Below, piece after piece: positions 12,581 through 26,030 of a stretch of 64,000 nucleotides of DNA. The stretch is taken from contig MU054323.1 in NCBI GenBank assembly GCA_013239625.1, positions 19,114,819-19,178,818 of the forward strand, given 5' to 3'. Position 1 is the first letter of the stretch. Every line of letters starts with the position of its first letter. Below the pieces are notes generated by a model, which saw nothing but the letters and a program-made list of their open reading frames with translations, made no database searches and was not told where the DNA came from. This stretch comes from Lama guanicoe (Eukaryota). The position numbers were made by a program, and so were the translations under genes.

Positions 12581-13424
12581 ATTCAATTAAAAGGGTTTTT
12601 TTTTTTTCAAATATATTATGGTGCTCTGAGGTCACAGTGTTAAGAGTTGCCTACACAAATTAGAGACTCTTCACAAAAGGATAAACATAATGTTGGAGAA
12701 TGAGGACAACATGTAAGAATATTGAAAGAACTAGGGATTATTAGGGGAGAGTTGCCAGATATGGATAATGCTCAGACTCACTCTAGGTTCTGAGCCAACT
12801 GAAATGAAGTGCAAGGATTTGGTTGAAGGATAGACTACATCCAGTATCAGCTTTATTATCCAAAGCATGCAGCTCACTGTTCACACTGAATGTGAAAATG
12901 TGGCTTGGACTTCATGGTGAAAAGAGGCTTTCCCCACTGTTCGTTGTGAGTAGAACCTCTTGCCCATCCAGTTTCAGGCCAGGCAGTTGAATAACCATTG
13001 TTTCCTGTAATTAGGAGGACCAGGGAGGTCTTTGATGGTAAGCTGACCACGTAGACAGAATTGAGGAGAACATCTGGCATTTACAGGCATTCTTGTCATC
13101 CATCAGAGAGACTGCAGAGAGGACAGGACACACATGGTCCGTGAACTTGGAATATTAACTCTGACGTTAGAGAGAAATGGATATTAGGCTTTTGCCTGTG
13201 CTAATCACTTTCTCCAGGTGGAAGAGAGAAGAGGGTGTGGGTAGATGGTAAGGACAGAGAGAGAGCCTGAAATTGTTTCTCATACTCATCGCTGCTGAAT
13301 AAAGAAAATTATCCTTTTGTAACCTTATAGGTGAAGAAATGCTCCTCTTTCTCTGTCCTTGAAACACAAAGACCCTAGGAAGAAAAAACAGAAATGATCA
13401 GGAGGTGGGGTGGGAGGGGGATGG

Positions 13425-13590
13425 CAGTTGCTTTCAATTATTTAAAAGGCCCTAATGTGGTGAAAGAAAAGGCCTCATTCAGAAGACGAATGTTGATGAG
13501 TTAAGGCGAGCCAGAGTTCTGCTTATTATAAGAAGGACCTTTCCATGAATTAGAGCTAGCCATTAGTAGAATGAGCTACTTCAGTGTTGC
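13425..13590 (+). mobile_element. L3/CR1 LINE 3' fragment
   Basis: gcagttgctttcaattatttaaaaggc...gagccagagttctgcttattataagaaggacctttccatgaattagagct...agaatgagctactt. Confidence 0.55.
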
Positions 13591-14109
13591 ATTAGCAAAG
13601 ATTTATGCCAAAATTGCTCATAATGAATGTTCCAATGACCAGCAAACTCAGGAAGATTTCCTCTAATGAAAACCTTGAATCCTTACTTAGTTTTAATACT
13701 TGAGGGTCTTGACTCTTCCCACTTCTTAAATACTTGGATAGCTTTTCATCTTTTTAAAGTCAGCAGAACCATTCATCAGAAGCCTTAAAGTAGAAACTAG
13801 GTGGCCATTTTTTCTCTCTCAGTTAAGACAGAAGAGCACATGGTTTTCCAATATTGCAGTAGGGAGACTAGGCTATTTATTGAGAAATTTTGGAGAAGAA
13901 GATAAGTAATGAAGAGTTACTCTAGGGATTATATTAAATCATTGTAATTTATTAAAAAGTTTATCACTTTTTAGTATTAGAACTTAAATATTAGCAAAAT
14001 ACTAATTGCAAACACTTTACTACTTCTACTGTGAGTTGAGAAGATATTGTAGAATGATGACCTCCATATCCTTTTATTGGAGTATTTTCATTTATTTATT
14101 TAACAAATG

Positions 14110-14505
14110 ATATTTTTATTCACTGAAGTATAATTTGCATACAGTAAAATTCACCATTCTTATGTGATGTATGTATGATGTATGATAAATGTAATCATCA
14201 CTACAATCAAGATACAGAACATTTCTGTCAACCCCCAAAGTCCCCTTCTGCTTCTTTGTGGTCAAGCCTCTCTCCCCACCTCCTCTTGAAATCACTGATC
14301 TGAGTTTGACTTTTCAAGAATGTCATATAAATTGAGTTGTACAGAAAGTGATTTTTTTAGTCTTGCTTCTTTCATTTAGCATAATTCTTTTTGAGATTCA
14401 ACCATGTTGTTGCATGTATCTGTTTATTCCTTTTTATTGCTGAATAATATTCTATTGTATGGATATATCACAATCTGTTTATCCATGCTACAATTGGTCT
14501 ACATG
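14110..14505 (-). mobile_element. L1MB/L1ME-type 3' end
   Basis: ttttattcactgaagtataatttgcatacagtaaaattcacc...caatcaagatacagaacatttc...ttgagattcaaccatgttgttgcatgtatc. Confidence 0.8.
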
Positions 14506-14539
14506 TAGTGATTTTCCAATTCTGCAGAAAGAGGCTATA

Positions 14540-14900
14540 TAAGTCAGGAGGCTTTTGGCTTAGAGTAACAGGAAATTCAAATTGACTCAAGAATAGAAAA
14601 TCAATTTTCTCATGAAACCACAAGTCCAGATGTAGTGTGTTTCCAGATTTTGTTGATTCAGTGGTTCAACAATGTCATCATAGTTTGAAGTTCTTTTCTT
14701 CTTTGGTTATTTTCATTGTGTGTCCAGCTTTATTTTTGGGCAGGTTCTTCCCTTGACTTCCAGGTGGCTTAAGAATGTTCCCATGACTTAAGCATTTATA
14801 AAATGCAGGAGAAGAGACTGCTCCTTTGCAATAGCACCTCCATCTCCTTCACATTGACACAGATTTGTCATCCTGCTGTATTAGCCAATAGGAACCCTAT
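14540..14900 (-). mobile_element. MaLR (MLT1-type) LTR fragment
   Basis: agtcaggaggcttttggcttagagtaacaggaaattcaa...tgattcagtggttcaacaatgtcatca. Confidence 0.55.
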
Positions 14901-16189
14901 CAAGGGCCCCTTCAGGGAAAAGGAAATCTAAGTGACCAAAGGTCCAGAACTTTTTCTGTTTTATTTAGTATTTTATCCAGATTAAGTACTTGTTTTCCTC
15001 ATTCTATAGATCTGATTGAAAAAAAAATTCACAAAGCTTATCTATTAAAAATTTGAGGGCCATTTTTATATAGTACTTGTGAGGAAATAACTTGTGATTT
15101 TATGAGCTAATCTGATCCCATTATGAAAATTAATTTACTTTCAATTTTGAAAATGTTAATTATCTGGTATCATTATCTGAAACACATGCATCACTGAAAA
15201 TAAAATGCAAGACAGAAACCTGAATTGTCACTTTCTCTTTTTTAAAATTTAATCTGGAGTTGTATATTACTCTTTGAAAAATGTTACCTTGGTAAAAGAA
15301 AAAAATTCAAGATATGGATGCACTGAATTAAATTCTCACTATAAAGTTTGAATAGTGAGCTTTGAATTTTATTTTACAAATATAATTATTTGCATTTTCT
15401 TTTCTGAGTAAGTATATTTTTATTCTTTAATTTCCTTTAAATCTACTCCAATATATTAAATTGGTATATATTATATCAGGTTTCACATTTGCCATCAATT
15501 TCTATCTAAGCAAATAAACACCACACACACATATATACCATATATCATATGTACATATCACAATTGAAATTATATTCCTCCAAGTAAAAAGGCTGTACTT
15601 CTAAAGACTATATGTGCTGAAGTGGTATAACAGAGTTTTATTTCTTCAAATCTTTGGTTCAAGGATACAATACAGTATTTGGGATTTTTGTTCTGCTGTG
15701 GAAAAGTAAACTCGATTAACTGAAGACGGTTTGTGGATATTCTGTAATTTTACTTCTCTTACTCATCTTTATTATTGGAGATATGTCTGAAAGGTGAAAG
15801 TTCAATGGATTTTTACAGTGACTTTAAGCAACCCAGGAAAACAGTATGTAGTATCACATAAAATAAAAAGTTATTAATATCTGTGTGTCACAATTCTAGG
15901 CACTTTAATAAGTTGTTTTGGTTTGTCCATCTTCTCCTCTACTAGGAGGTCACTGAGGAGAGGGGCTGTCTTTGTGTACACACTGCCTACCACGATGCCT
16001 GGCTGCTAATGATACCATCATCATAAGAGCTACCATTTATTAGACATATTTTTAACAGCAAGCATCTGTAAAACAAAACCAGTCTTTGTGCTAAGGCTTT
16101 TAAACATTATCTCATCCTTACAGCATGATCACTATTACTTTTTCAATTTTATTGAGATATAATCAACATATAACATTGTAGAAGTTGGA

Positions 16190-16530
16190 GATGGCTTCAT
16201 GACCATCAGGACCCAAGCTCTGTCAATCTTGTTGCTTCCCCATCCTCAGCTTCCATCTGTCTGCTGAGTCTTAGGCGGTAATGACTGCAATCCAGCCATC
16301 AGGAAGGAGAGAGGATGACAGGCTTGTCTACTACAGTGATGATTTCTGGACACTTTCAGACACTTATTTGCATTTATTGATCACTGCTTAGTCATACAGC
16401 CAAGCCTAGTAAGAAAAGAGACTGGAAAATGTACTCTTCATTCCAAGTAGCCCGAGTGCCCAGCTATAAATCAGTGTTATATTACTAAGGAAGTCAGGGA
16501 ATACAAATAATGGCAAATAAATAAAAGTTT
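16190..16530 (-). mobile_element. MaLR (MLT1J-like) LTR fragment
   Basis: catcaggacccaagctctgtcaatcttgttgct...cttagtcatacagccaagcctagtaagaaaagagactggaaaatgtactctt. Confidence 0.6.
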
Positions 16531-19499
16531 ATGCCACAGAGAAGAAAGATATTAAACACTGTCTATATAGAGGTGTGCAGCTTTTGTTTTGTTGTTTCTT
16601 TTCCTTGCTATTTTCCTTTTTTTTCCTCCTCCTCCCCCTCCTCCTTTCCTCTGTCATGTTCTTCTTGCTTATCTTGTTAAGGGGAACAATATGGGCATAT
16701 TTGAAGGCCAATGAGAGGCATCTAGTAATTAGACAGACATCTAAAAATCTAGAAGAGGTTCGGCTCCTGCACTTGATGTAGACTGGCATCCTCTTGTGTC
16801 CTTAAATTCTGGTTTATACTTGAAATAAATCCTTAGTCTATGCTTAACTGGCCAAGTACCCTTTCCCAAGGCACTCACAGATGAGAACTTTATTTTGCTT
16901 ATTATTCCATGCCCAGTTTGACTCACTCAATTTTAATAAAGAGAAAGACTCTCACAACTTTACTGCTAGTTTAATGCACTTCACCAGTGCACAACGTTTT
17001 CTTCTAATCGCTATTTAGGACCTGATGAATCTGATGCCTGTCAAGACAGACTGCTACTGAGTGCTAGCCTATGCTGGCTCTGAAAAATATATCTCAGAAA
17101 AGATTACATAATATTTTAAGTAATTAGTAATCACTGTATAAGGGAAGATCCCTCGGTTAGAACTCACCATGTCATTTTTCATGAAATGATGTCAAAGTTT
17201 GAGTCTTTGATTCAGCGTGGAAAGTATATCCATGAACTGAAAGTACTGCATGCCTGGGTTGGCACTTCATAGCTGCTCTAAGCTGGTACAAACTAGCAGA
17301 ATCTGTTTTACTAATGTCAAAATCCAGAATTTCTGCACCAAGTCTAGAGGTACAAATATGGAACCCTGAAGCTCACACAGCCTAAAGTAACCACCCTCTA
17401 GAAGCCCAGGATGCCACTGGTTAATTGCAGAGAAGTAGAAGGTTCATCTCCATAACCTCTCCACCTAAAACACCCTAGGAATAGTGTTGATACCTCCTTT
17501 CAGGCAGGGAGACCCTTGGCCAAGATGTTAGTAAAGTGGGCTGTGCTTGGAAACAGATATTCTGGTGCTTGTTGGACTTGAGAAGTTAGGCACTAGTAGT
17601 TGCATACTAGGCAAAATGCTTTTCTTGGTAAAACAATAGAAAGCCAGGAATGGGTGGCGCTGGGTCATTTACTCAGCATGAAGAAATGTGCCAGGTTAGT
17701 GGAACAGACTCATCAGAAGCCTCTGGATTTCTCTTATCATTCAAGCTGCTTCATACATACCAATAGTATATCCTATTTGAAGAGGTACGGATTTTTAAAA
17801 TACACTCCCAATTTAATAGCTAAATAAGGAAGATAAGTAGTATGTGAAGATTACTGTTAATGAAATAAAGATGTAGCACTCAAAACAGCAACGAAACTGT
17901 ATAGGAGCACAATAGCAGGCAGAGTCACTTGGCCTGCCACAACTCTCTAGTCTTAGAATTTGGGGGAACTGCTACTACTGCTTCATAGCCAGAAAAAATC
18001 AAGCCAGAGTGTGTTGAAATGAGGAAGAAGTGGTCCCCAGACCTCTTGACCCTGCTCCTCCTAGAGCTAGGCTTTCTGACGGCACAGTCTAATAATCCTA
18101 AAACCTTGCCTAATGGCCTTCAAGTGTGGCTGGGAAGCCATAAGAATGCATTCTTGAAAGTCAGTTCCATTGGGGGAAAGCTGACTACTAAAACTTGAAG
18201 AGATTTTCTGCAGTGTTGGGATGCACATCTGCAACTTAAATCATAGGCAACATGAGATAAAACACATACATTGACTCCTACTACCTCAAGGGTCACACTG
18301 GAATTTTTATTATTTAGTAACTCTACAATGGGCAGGAGAGGGGAGAGGGTCAGGACAGTTGGGGATGTAATTACTATCACCTGTTCAAATGTGGGGTTTT
18401 CTTTAACAGGTGAGTGAGAAATTATTTGGAAATTGGGGATGGTCATCATATCGCTGACCAGTGGTGGACTCTGATAGACTACTGTCCGGCTTACTACACT
18501 GAAAACTCAGGCTGGCTTGATGATACATTAAGAAGTGGAACTGTTGCAAAATATGTTTATGATGCAACAATTTACATATATGGCAATAGAGGGGACTTTG
18601 GGGTAATAATGGGCTTGTTCTAAGGAAACTTGTAAAAGGCAGAAGCCACAGGTAGGCACTCATCTAATTACATGGCTTCCTTATTCTGTACAGGCTGCCT
18701 TGATCATCAAACTTCAGGCACGTCTCCAAGAATGAACGGAATCACATGAATTGCTTACAGCACAGCAATTCCTCGTTTTTATTCTTGATCCCCAGGATAA
18801 CCTTTACCCTGCTGCTTTGCCTGTTTGACAGCAAAACCTAAGAAACAGTAATACTAGCTGAATTTTAGCATAATTGTATTTGAAGATAACAGAGGCCAAT
18901 TTAGAAGCAATGACTTATGGATGTTTTTAATGACCAAAGCAGAAAAATAACATGTTATCAAACATTATAGATGCTCCATAGAGCAAGAATTACATGATTT
19001 TTATTTTGTGACATTTTTGTATGATAGTATTCTTTGTAACATATAAAGGAGTTTAACAAAATTGGATGACTTCTTCAATGGTACCACTCTACTTGAAGTC
19101 GATGAAAATCAAAACGTGGTTGCCCTAAAATAAATTTCATCCCATTTCATGCTGCAGATAAATGCTGCAAAAGAAACATCAGTGATTGTAGTGATTCCAG
19201 AGCAGATGATAACATTTGAGATAATGCTGCTTGAATTTTTCTTCTGCTCCAAGCCAGGACTCTACTCCAGGCTTAGTAATTCAAGTGATGTCTGGCCTCA
19301 CCAGTATTCCATAATAGTGACTGTCTTTTAATTTTCTTCACCAGGTGATAAGCAAATATGTAGGATTTTTTATGACAAGCCTTTGATGGGAAACCCAAGT
19401 TTTCAAATCATAACATTTTCTTAAGTAAAAGCGCCATATTAATCCAAAGTGTTTGGAAATAGGCAAAGTAAATGTGCCCTTTAGCTTTGATAGCTTCAT

Positions 19500-19956
19500 T
19501 TTTTTAAATTGAAGTATTGTTGATATATAGAATATATTAGTTTCTGATGTACAGCATAGTGATTCAGTTATACTTTTATATATATCTATTTTTCATTATA
19601 GGTTATTATAGGATATTGAATATAGTTCCCTTGTTGTTTATCTATTTTATATATAGTAGTTGGTATCTGCAGATTCCAAACTCCTAATTTATCCCTCCCT
19701 GCTTTCCTCCCTTTGGTAACCATAAGTTTGTTTTCTGTATCTGTGAGTCTGCTTCTGTTTTGTAAATGAGTTCATTTATGTTATTTTTTAAGATTCCATA
19801 TATAAGTGGTAATTTTCTTTCTCATTCTGGCTTACTTCACTTAGATGATAATCTCTAGGTCCATCCATGTTACTGCAAATGGCATTATTTCATTTTTATG
19901 ACTGAGTAGTATTCCTTTGTGTGTGTGTGTGTGTGTTTGTGTGTGTTTATGTAGGT

Positions 19957-19991
<35 letters not shown>

Positions 19992-20225
19992 CACAAGTTC
20001 TTTATTCAGTCATCTTTCAGTGGTCATTTAGGTTTCTTCCATGTCTTGGCTATTGTAAATAATGATGCTCTGAACACTGTATGTATGTATGTATGTATGT
20101 ATCTTTTTTAATTAGTTTCCTCCAGATGTATGCCCAGATGTAGGATTGATGGATCATATGGTAACTGTATTTTTAGTTGTATAAGGAACCTCCTTACTGT
20201 TTTCCATAGTGGCTTTACCAAGTTA
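19500..20225 (-). mobile_element. 5'-truncated cetartiodactyl L1 3' end with target-site duplication
   Basis: Starts ttttttaaattgaagtattgttg...gtacagcatagtgattcagtt. Perfect 12-bp TSD tgatagcttcat at 19488-19499 and 20226-20237. Contains (TG)n and (TA)n. Confidence 0.93.
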
Positions 20226-20454
20226 TGATAGCTTCATGTTTAAACTGTGAAGAACTTGCCACAAGAAAAAAAAAATTGAAGTTTTTATATCCTATCACAT
20301 TTAGTAGTGAAGAGAAAACAAATTGACATAAAGGTTTATCATATTTCTTGTACATTTTCATCGTATGCTAAATCCATTGTTTGTAAAAAGAGAATGTATA
20401 AAATCATGATGGCAGGGTTTGGCATGTTTTATTGCTTTACAGGTTTTTAATTTT

Positions 20455-21186
20455 ATCTTTATTTAAAAATGTTTCATGGAGGTATAATTGACATACATAT
20501 TGAACATATATAAAGTACAAAATTTGATACAGTTACTATGATACACATAAAGATATATACCTGTACATGAAAACATCACAAAAGTCAAGAAATGACTTTG
20601 TCCATCACCCCCAGAAGTTTCCCTTGTTCCTCTTGTAGTTTCTGCACTTTCTCCATCAGACAACCATTGATCTGCTTTCTGTTACTAACAATTAATTTGC
20701 CTGTTTCATAATTTGATAAAAATGAAAACACACAGTGTGTTTTGTCTGTTTTATCTGGCTTCACAGAATTATTTTGAGATTCATCCGTTTTGTGTGTGTA
20801 TTAATAGCTCATCATTGCTGAGAACTATATTCCATTATAATACAGCTGTACCATGTATTGTGATTGTAGTCTCACTTGCATTTTTTTTCCCATGAGAAAT
20901 GTGAACACGCTTACATTTGCCATTTGTTCTTTTATATTACATAGTGTGTCCTTTTTTTGTTGTTGTTCTTGGTTGTTTTTTAAGATTTTCTCTCTATAGG
21001 TTTTAAGCAATTTGATTGTGATGTGCCTTGGAATAGTTCTCTTCGTGTCTCTTGTCCTGGTGCTTGTTGAGTTTCTAGAATCTTTGAGTTTCCACTTTTC
21101 ATCAAATTGAATAACTGTGATCACTGTTTCTTCAAATATTTGTCTACTGCCCTCTTCTCTTCTTCAGAGACTTCATTACATGTATA
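20455..21186 (-). mobile_element. Old L1M fragments (3' end ~20455-20830, ORF1-region piece ~20880-21186)
   Basis: ggaggtataattgacatac...ccatcacccccagaagtttcc. Minus ORF contains KRTIPRHITIKLLKTYREKILK (L1 ORF1 PRHIIIKLLK motif). Confidence 0.75.
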
Positions 21187-21427
21187 TTACCCTACTCTAT
21201 GGAGCCCATTGGCCCCCAGATGTCGATTCCTTGCTCCAACTGCCACGCACTAGGGCAGTGGTGCTGCTTCGGGAAGTTTTGAAGGGAGGAGCCTCAGGAC
21301 AGGTGGTCCTGGCAGCTGCTAGGGCCTCACCTGAAAACTCCCCAGGTGGGGCTGGCTGGTCACAAGCAGCAAGGCTCCTGGCTGGCTTTGACAAGATTTG
21401 TTACTGAGTCCAAACTTGTTCTGCTCA
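21187..21427 (-). repeat. Inverted ~240-bp copy of the ERV U5 end, PBS and leader (duplicate of 37971-38213)
   Basis: Reverse complement matches 37971-38213 with 4 substitutions and one 4-bp indel (compared by eye). Confidence 0.95.
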
Positions 21428-21590
21428 TTTCTTCTTTCTATCTGGAACGGGCTCTCAATGCTTGAAAGTGAAGCAGCCATGACCAAGCATTGTGAAAATG
21501 AAGACAGGCGGAGCTTCTTTCCTGAAGGTGCTATAGGAGCCATTACTGGTGCTTCCTGGTATATAAGTTACATAGACCCTTGTGAAACTT
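21428..21590 (+). mobile_element. Probable MaLR (MLT1) LTR fragment
   Basis: Reverse complement catggctgcttcactttcaagcattgagagcccgttccagatagaaagaag resembles the MLT1J/K motif gatggctgctgcacctccaggcatcacgtcc...ttccaggcag. Confidence 0.4.
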
Positions 21591-21819
21591 AGTACAGGTT
21601 TTCTTTTTCTTTTTCTTTTTTCTTTTTTCATTTATCTTTATTTCTTCATACTGAATGAGTTATTTTCCAGCATCCTCTCATTTCAATCTTCAGGACTACC
21701 TTCAGAATTTGTAACTGTGAAGGTCTAGTGATAAACTCTGCTAGCTTTTATTTAACGAGAATATCTTAATTTCTCCCTCATTTCTGAAGGGCAGTTTTGT
21801 TCTATATGGGATTCTTTTT

Positions 21820-22360
21820 TGATTTTTATTTTTTATTTAATTATTATTTGTATTGAAGTATAGTCATTTTACAGTGTCATGTTAATTTCTGTTGTACAGC
21901 ATAGTGATTCTGTTACTCAGTTATATTCTTTTTCAGTATGGGCTATTACAAGGAATTGAATACAGTTCCCTGTGCTATACAGTAGGATTTTGCTATTTAT
22001 CTATTTTATATATAGTAGTTAGTTACTGCAAATCCCAATTTATACCTCCATTCCCATCCCCATAACCACATTTGTTTTCTATGTCTTTGAGTCTGTTTCT
22101 GTTTTGTAAATAAGTTCATTTGTTTCATTTATTTAGATTCCACATATAAGTGATATCATATGGTATTTTTCTTTCTCTTTCTGGCTTCATTTAGTATGAC
22201 AGTCTCCAGGTCCATCCATGTTCCTGCAAATGGCATTTTATTCTTTTTTATAGCTGAGTAGTATTCCACCATGTGTGTGTGTGTGTGTGTGTGTGTGTAT
22301 CACAGCTGCATGTAAATCAAGGGAGTATATTTTATTTTTTATAGCTGAGTAGTATTCCAT

Positions 22361-22394
<34 letters not shown>

Positions 22395-23880
22395 GTGCCA
22401 CAACTTCTTTATCCAGTCTTCTATCAATGGACATTTAGGTGTCTTCTATGTCTTGGCTATTGTAAATAGTGCTGCTATGAACATTGGAAGTGCATGTACT
22501 TTTTTAAATTAGTTTCCTCCAGATATATGCCCAGGAGTGGGATTGCTGGATCATAGGGTAAGTCTATTGCTAGTTTTTTAAGAAATCTCCATACTGTTCT
22601 CCATAATGGCTGCACCAAACTACATTCCCAACATTGTAGGAGGGTTCCCTTTTCTTCACACCCTCTCCAACATTTATTGTTTTTGGACTTTTTAATGATG
22701 GCCATTCTAACCAATGTGAGGTGATACTTCATTGTTGTTTTGATTTGCATTTCTCTAATAGTTAATGATATTGAGCATTTTTTTCATGTGCCTGTTGGCC
22801 ATTTGGATGTCTTCACTGGTGGAATGTCTGGGTCTTCTGCCCATTTTTTTATTGGGTTGTTTATTTTCTTGTTATTGAGCTGTATGAGCTGTTTGTACAT
22901 TCTGGAAATTAAACCCTTGTCAGCCACATCATTTCCAAATATCTTCTCACAGCTCATAGGTTGTCTTTTTTGTTTTATCTATGGTTTCCTTTGCTATGCA
23001 AAAGCTTTTAAGTTTTAAGTCCCATTTGTTTATTTTTGCTTTTATTTATATTGCCTTGGTAGACTGCCCTAGGAGAACATTGCTAAGATTTATGTCAAAG
23101 AATATTTTGCCTGTGTTTTCTTCTAGGAGGTTCTCTCGTTGATGTGGTGTACCACGTTGATTGATTTGTGTATGTTGAACTATCCTTGTGTCCCTGGGAT
23201 GAATCCAACTTGATCATAGTATATGATCTTTTTTATTGAATTTTGTTTGCTATTATTTTTTTGAGTTTTGCATCTATCTTCATCAATGATACTGGCCTGT
23301 GACTTTGTCTGGTTTTGGTATCAGGGTGATGGTGGCTTCATAGAATGAGTTTGAAAGTTTTGCCTCCTCTTCAATATTTTATAAGAGTTTGAGAAGGATT
23401 TCTATAAATTCTTCTTTGTATGTTTGGTAGAATTCTCCTGTGAAGCCATCTGGTCCTGGACTTTTGTTTGCAGAGAGGTTTTTAAATTGCTGATTCTATT
23501 TCACTTCTAGTGATCGGTCTGTTCAAATTACCTGTTTCTTTTTGATTCAGTTTTGGTGGATTGTATGTTTCTGGAGACTTGTCCATTTCTTCCAAGTTGG
23601 CCAATTTGTTGCCATATAGTTGTTCATAGTAATCTCTTTTTTATTTCTGTGGTGTTGGTTGTCATTTCTCCTCCTTCATTTCTTATTTTGTCTGTGTCTT
23701 CTCTTTTCTTCCTGGTGAGCGTAGACAGAGGTTTGTCAATTTTGTTTACTCTTTCAAAAAACTAGCTCTTGGTTTGATTGAATATTTTTCTATTTTTTAA
23801 TCTCTATTTTATTTCTTCCCTGATCTTTATATTTCTTCTGCTAACTTTAGCTTTTGTTTGTTCTTCTTTTTCTAATTCAG
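21820..23880 (-). mobile_element. Cetartiodactyl L1 (3'UTR plus ORF2), 5'-truncated, internal deletion near 23130
   Basis: Peptide [60 protein letters not shown] (ORF2 C-terminal Cys-rich domain). 3' end tattgaagtatagtcattttac. Confidence 0.92.
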
Positions 23881-25119
23881 GTGTTCTTCATTTGGAGCCA
23901 AATACATCCTATTAGAGACAGTATTGGTGATACCTGCTTTTGCATTAGCTTTTACTATGGATCTGATGTCATAAAAGTTTTTACATCTCCTTGAGAATAG
24001 CAATGTGTGCTTGGTGATTTAACTCTGGTTTGGCCCACTGTATGGGGCCATGAATGCACCTTTCACTTTGTCTCCCTTCATCGGCTAGAGAAAGCTGTGT
24101 GCTATTTCTGCTATATGTTGTCTTATAATGGAGCAGGCATATGCTACACAGACGTAACTTTTGTCCTCACTATACACTAAAGCTTCTCTAGACAGTAAAA
24201 AGTATTAGTATTTTTTGAAGTAAGCTCCAGTTTTTCATATGGACTATTTGTACTGTGCATGTGACAATTTATAGAGATGTGTGAGTCTTCAGTGATGAAA
24301 CTGGAGATGATTTCCAGCTCTGGAAAGTTAGTATCCCCAGATTCCTGTGATCTAATTTCTTAGATGGCAAGATTTAAGCCTCTCTCACATTCACAGTCCC
24401 AGCTACTTCTGGCTGTGATTGACAATCAAGTGGTTGATAAGCAGTCTCTGCCACTGGTGCACTGTGTCACCTAAATCTGATTGCTTCATGCTGAATTTTG
24501 TAGAGCTCTGTGTTTATTTCATGGAAATGTCTTGGAGGTTGGTCTGGCTCCTCAGACTCGTAAGGCGAAGGATACCTAAGACTTCTTCAGCACTGCTACT
24601 CTAAAAATTCTAATTCATGTGCTAAACTTATTTGTAACACTGTACAGAAAAAAAAGTATTTTGCAATCAAATTTTTATAAAAATTAAAAACATTCTATAT
24701 ATGTATATAGAGAGAGTTATGTGCCTAGAAAAAAGGCATGAGTTTCTGGCATCAACTCATCATGCTGTTTGCATTGTACCTGCATACTTTAACATCAGAC
24801 TTGTAATGTTCTGAATTTAATGGTGTGGAGATCTAAATCCTTCCCACTTTAGGTAAAGGCAATAGTCTATCCACTGTCTCTCCCTTAGTGCATTCTCTGT
24901 AACACTTGAAGGGAATATGTGTTACAGATTCATTTTACATTATATGCTTGCTTTCTCTCCACATATTTTACATGCTGTCTCCCCAAAAGACTTAAAATTC
25001 ATTATTTACTTAGGCTGCTTATTCTTATAACTTTGCTGAGCCTAAATTAGTCTTCTAGGGATACAGGTAGATGTCTTTAATGAGTTTACCGTCCAGTGAG
25101 GAAAAAAAGCCTATTAAAT

Positions 25120-25215
25120 CAGAGGTCCTGAGTGGTGGGGTCCAGCAATTTATATACAGATTTTAAAAGCTTTCCAAGTGATGCTGATATGCATAAGGTT
25201 TAAAAATCATAGGTA
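25120..25215. mobile_element. MER5-type hAT-Charlie MITE fragment
   Basis: ggggtccagcaat...ttttaaaagctttccaagtgatgctgatatgcataaggtttaaaaatcat. Confidence 0.55.
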
Positions 25216-25374
25216 GACTATATTTACAGTCAGTCAAAATCTCCAAGTAATTTTACAGAGTGCTTCTTATACACATGTAGAATTCCTGCCATATTTTATT
25301 GCTTTGTTCCTCACTCCATCTCCACCACCATCTTTTAGAATGTGAAAAAGTCTTAGATAGCCTTTCTGCTCAGA

Positions 25375-25500
25375 ATTCACATTTTAAGATGAGAAAGTTG
25401 ATGAACAGAGAGGTATGGTGGTGTGGCCAAGATGGTCACTCCAGTACTAGTACCCAGTTCCTCAACTCAAAGTGTAATAGTCTTATCTCTCCATGCTAGA
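25375..25500 (-). mobile_element. MIR SINE
   Basis: cacattttaagatgagaaagttgatgaacagagagg...ggccaagatggtcac...tacccagttcctcaactc. Confidence 0.6.
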
Positions 25501-25879
25501 CAAGCTCAGTATTGTCATTACTACTTTGCATGAAAGAAGAAGAATCTCCTTTTGTAAAATGTTTTCCATTATACATATACACCCTAAAAGAAACCATAAA
25601 TGCCTTCAATTGTAGCAATTAGATACATTTTCTTTTACATTTAATCTCTTATTTTCCATTCACTTTCATGAGCAATATCTGAAGATGCAGTTATCAGGCT
25701 GTCATAGTATTTTATTTTCAAAATCAACATCCTGGCATTATCAATTTTCCCTATCATGCCAGCTACTCATGGATGTACTTTAAAACAGGACTTTCAGTTG
25801 GGACTGTCCTCTAGGACAGCTGTCAGAATCCTTTCGTGTGTTGGGCATCAAAAGCGAACCAGTAAGGTGTCACTAAAAA

Positions 25880-26030
25880 TATTCTAGTGATGAATATGTT
25901 TATGGGGTTGATTGTGGTGCTAGTTTCATGGGTGAATACCTGTCTCCAAACTCATCAGGTTGTATACAAAAATACAGATTTTTGCATGTCAATCATACCA
26001 CAATACTGTTCTTTATTTAAAAAGGAATAA
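25880..26030 (+). mobile_element. L1M 3' end fragment
   Basis: gtgatgaatatgtttatggggttgattgtggtgctagtttcatgggtgaatacc...ccaaactcatcaggttgtatac...gtcaatcataccacaata. Confidence 0.7.

Noticed and set aside
17024..17083. C/D-box snoRNA-like pattern (TGATGA...CTGA)
   Set aside because: No terminal stem, no recognisable rRNA/snRNA antisense element, and the motifs are too short to be significant.
21117..21407. Duplicated ORFs (21117-21407/37989-38339 and 21197-21394/38002-38208) as a two-copy gene
   Set aside because: They are readings of the GC-rich ERV leader duplication, with non-ATG starts and no recognisable protein.
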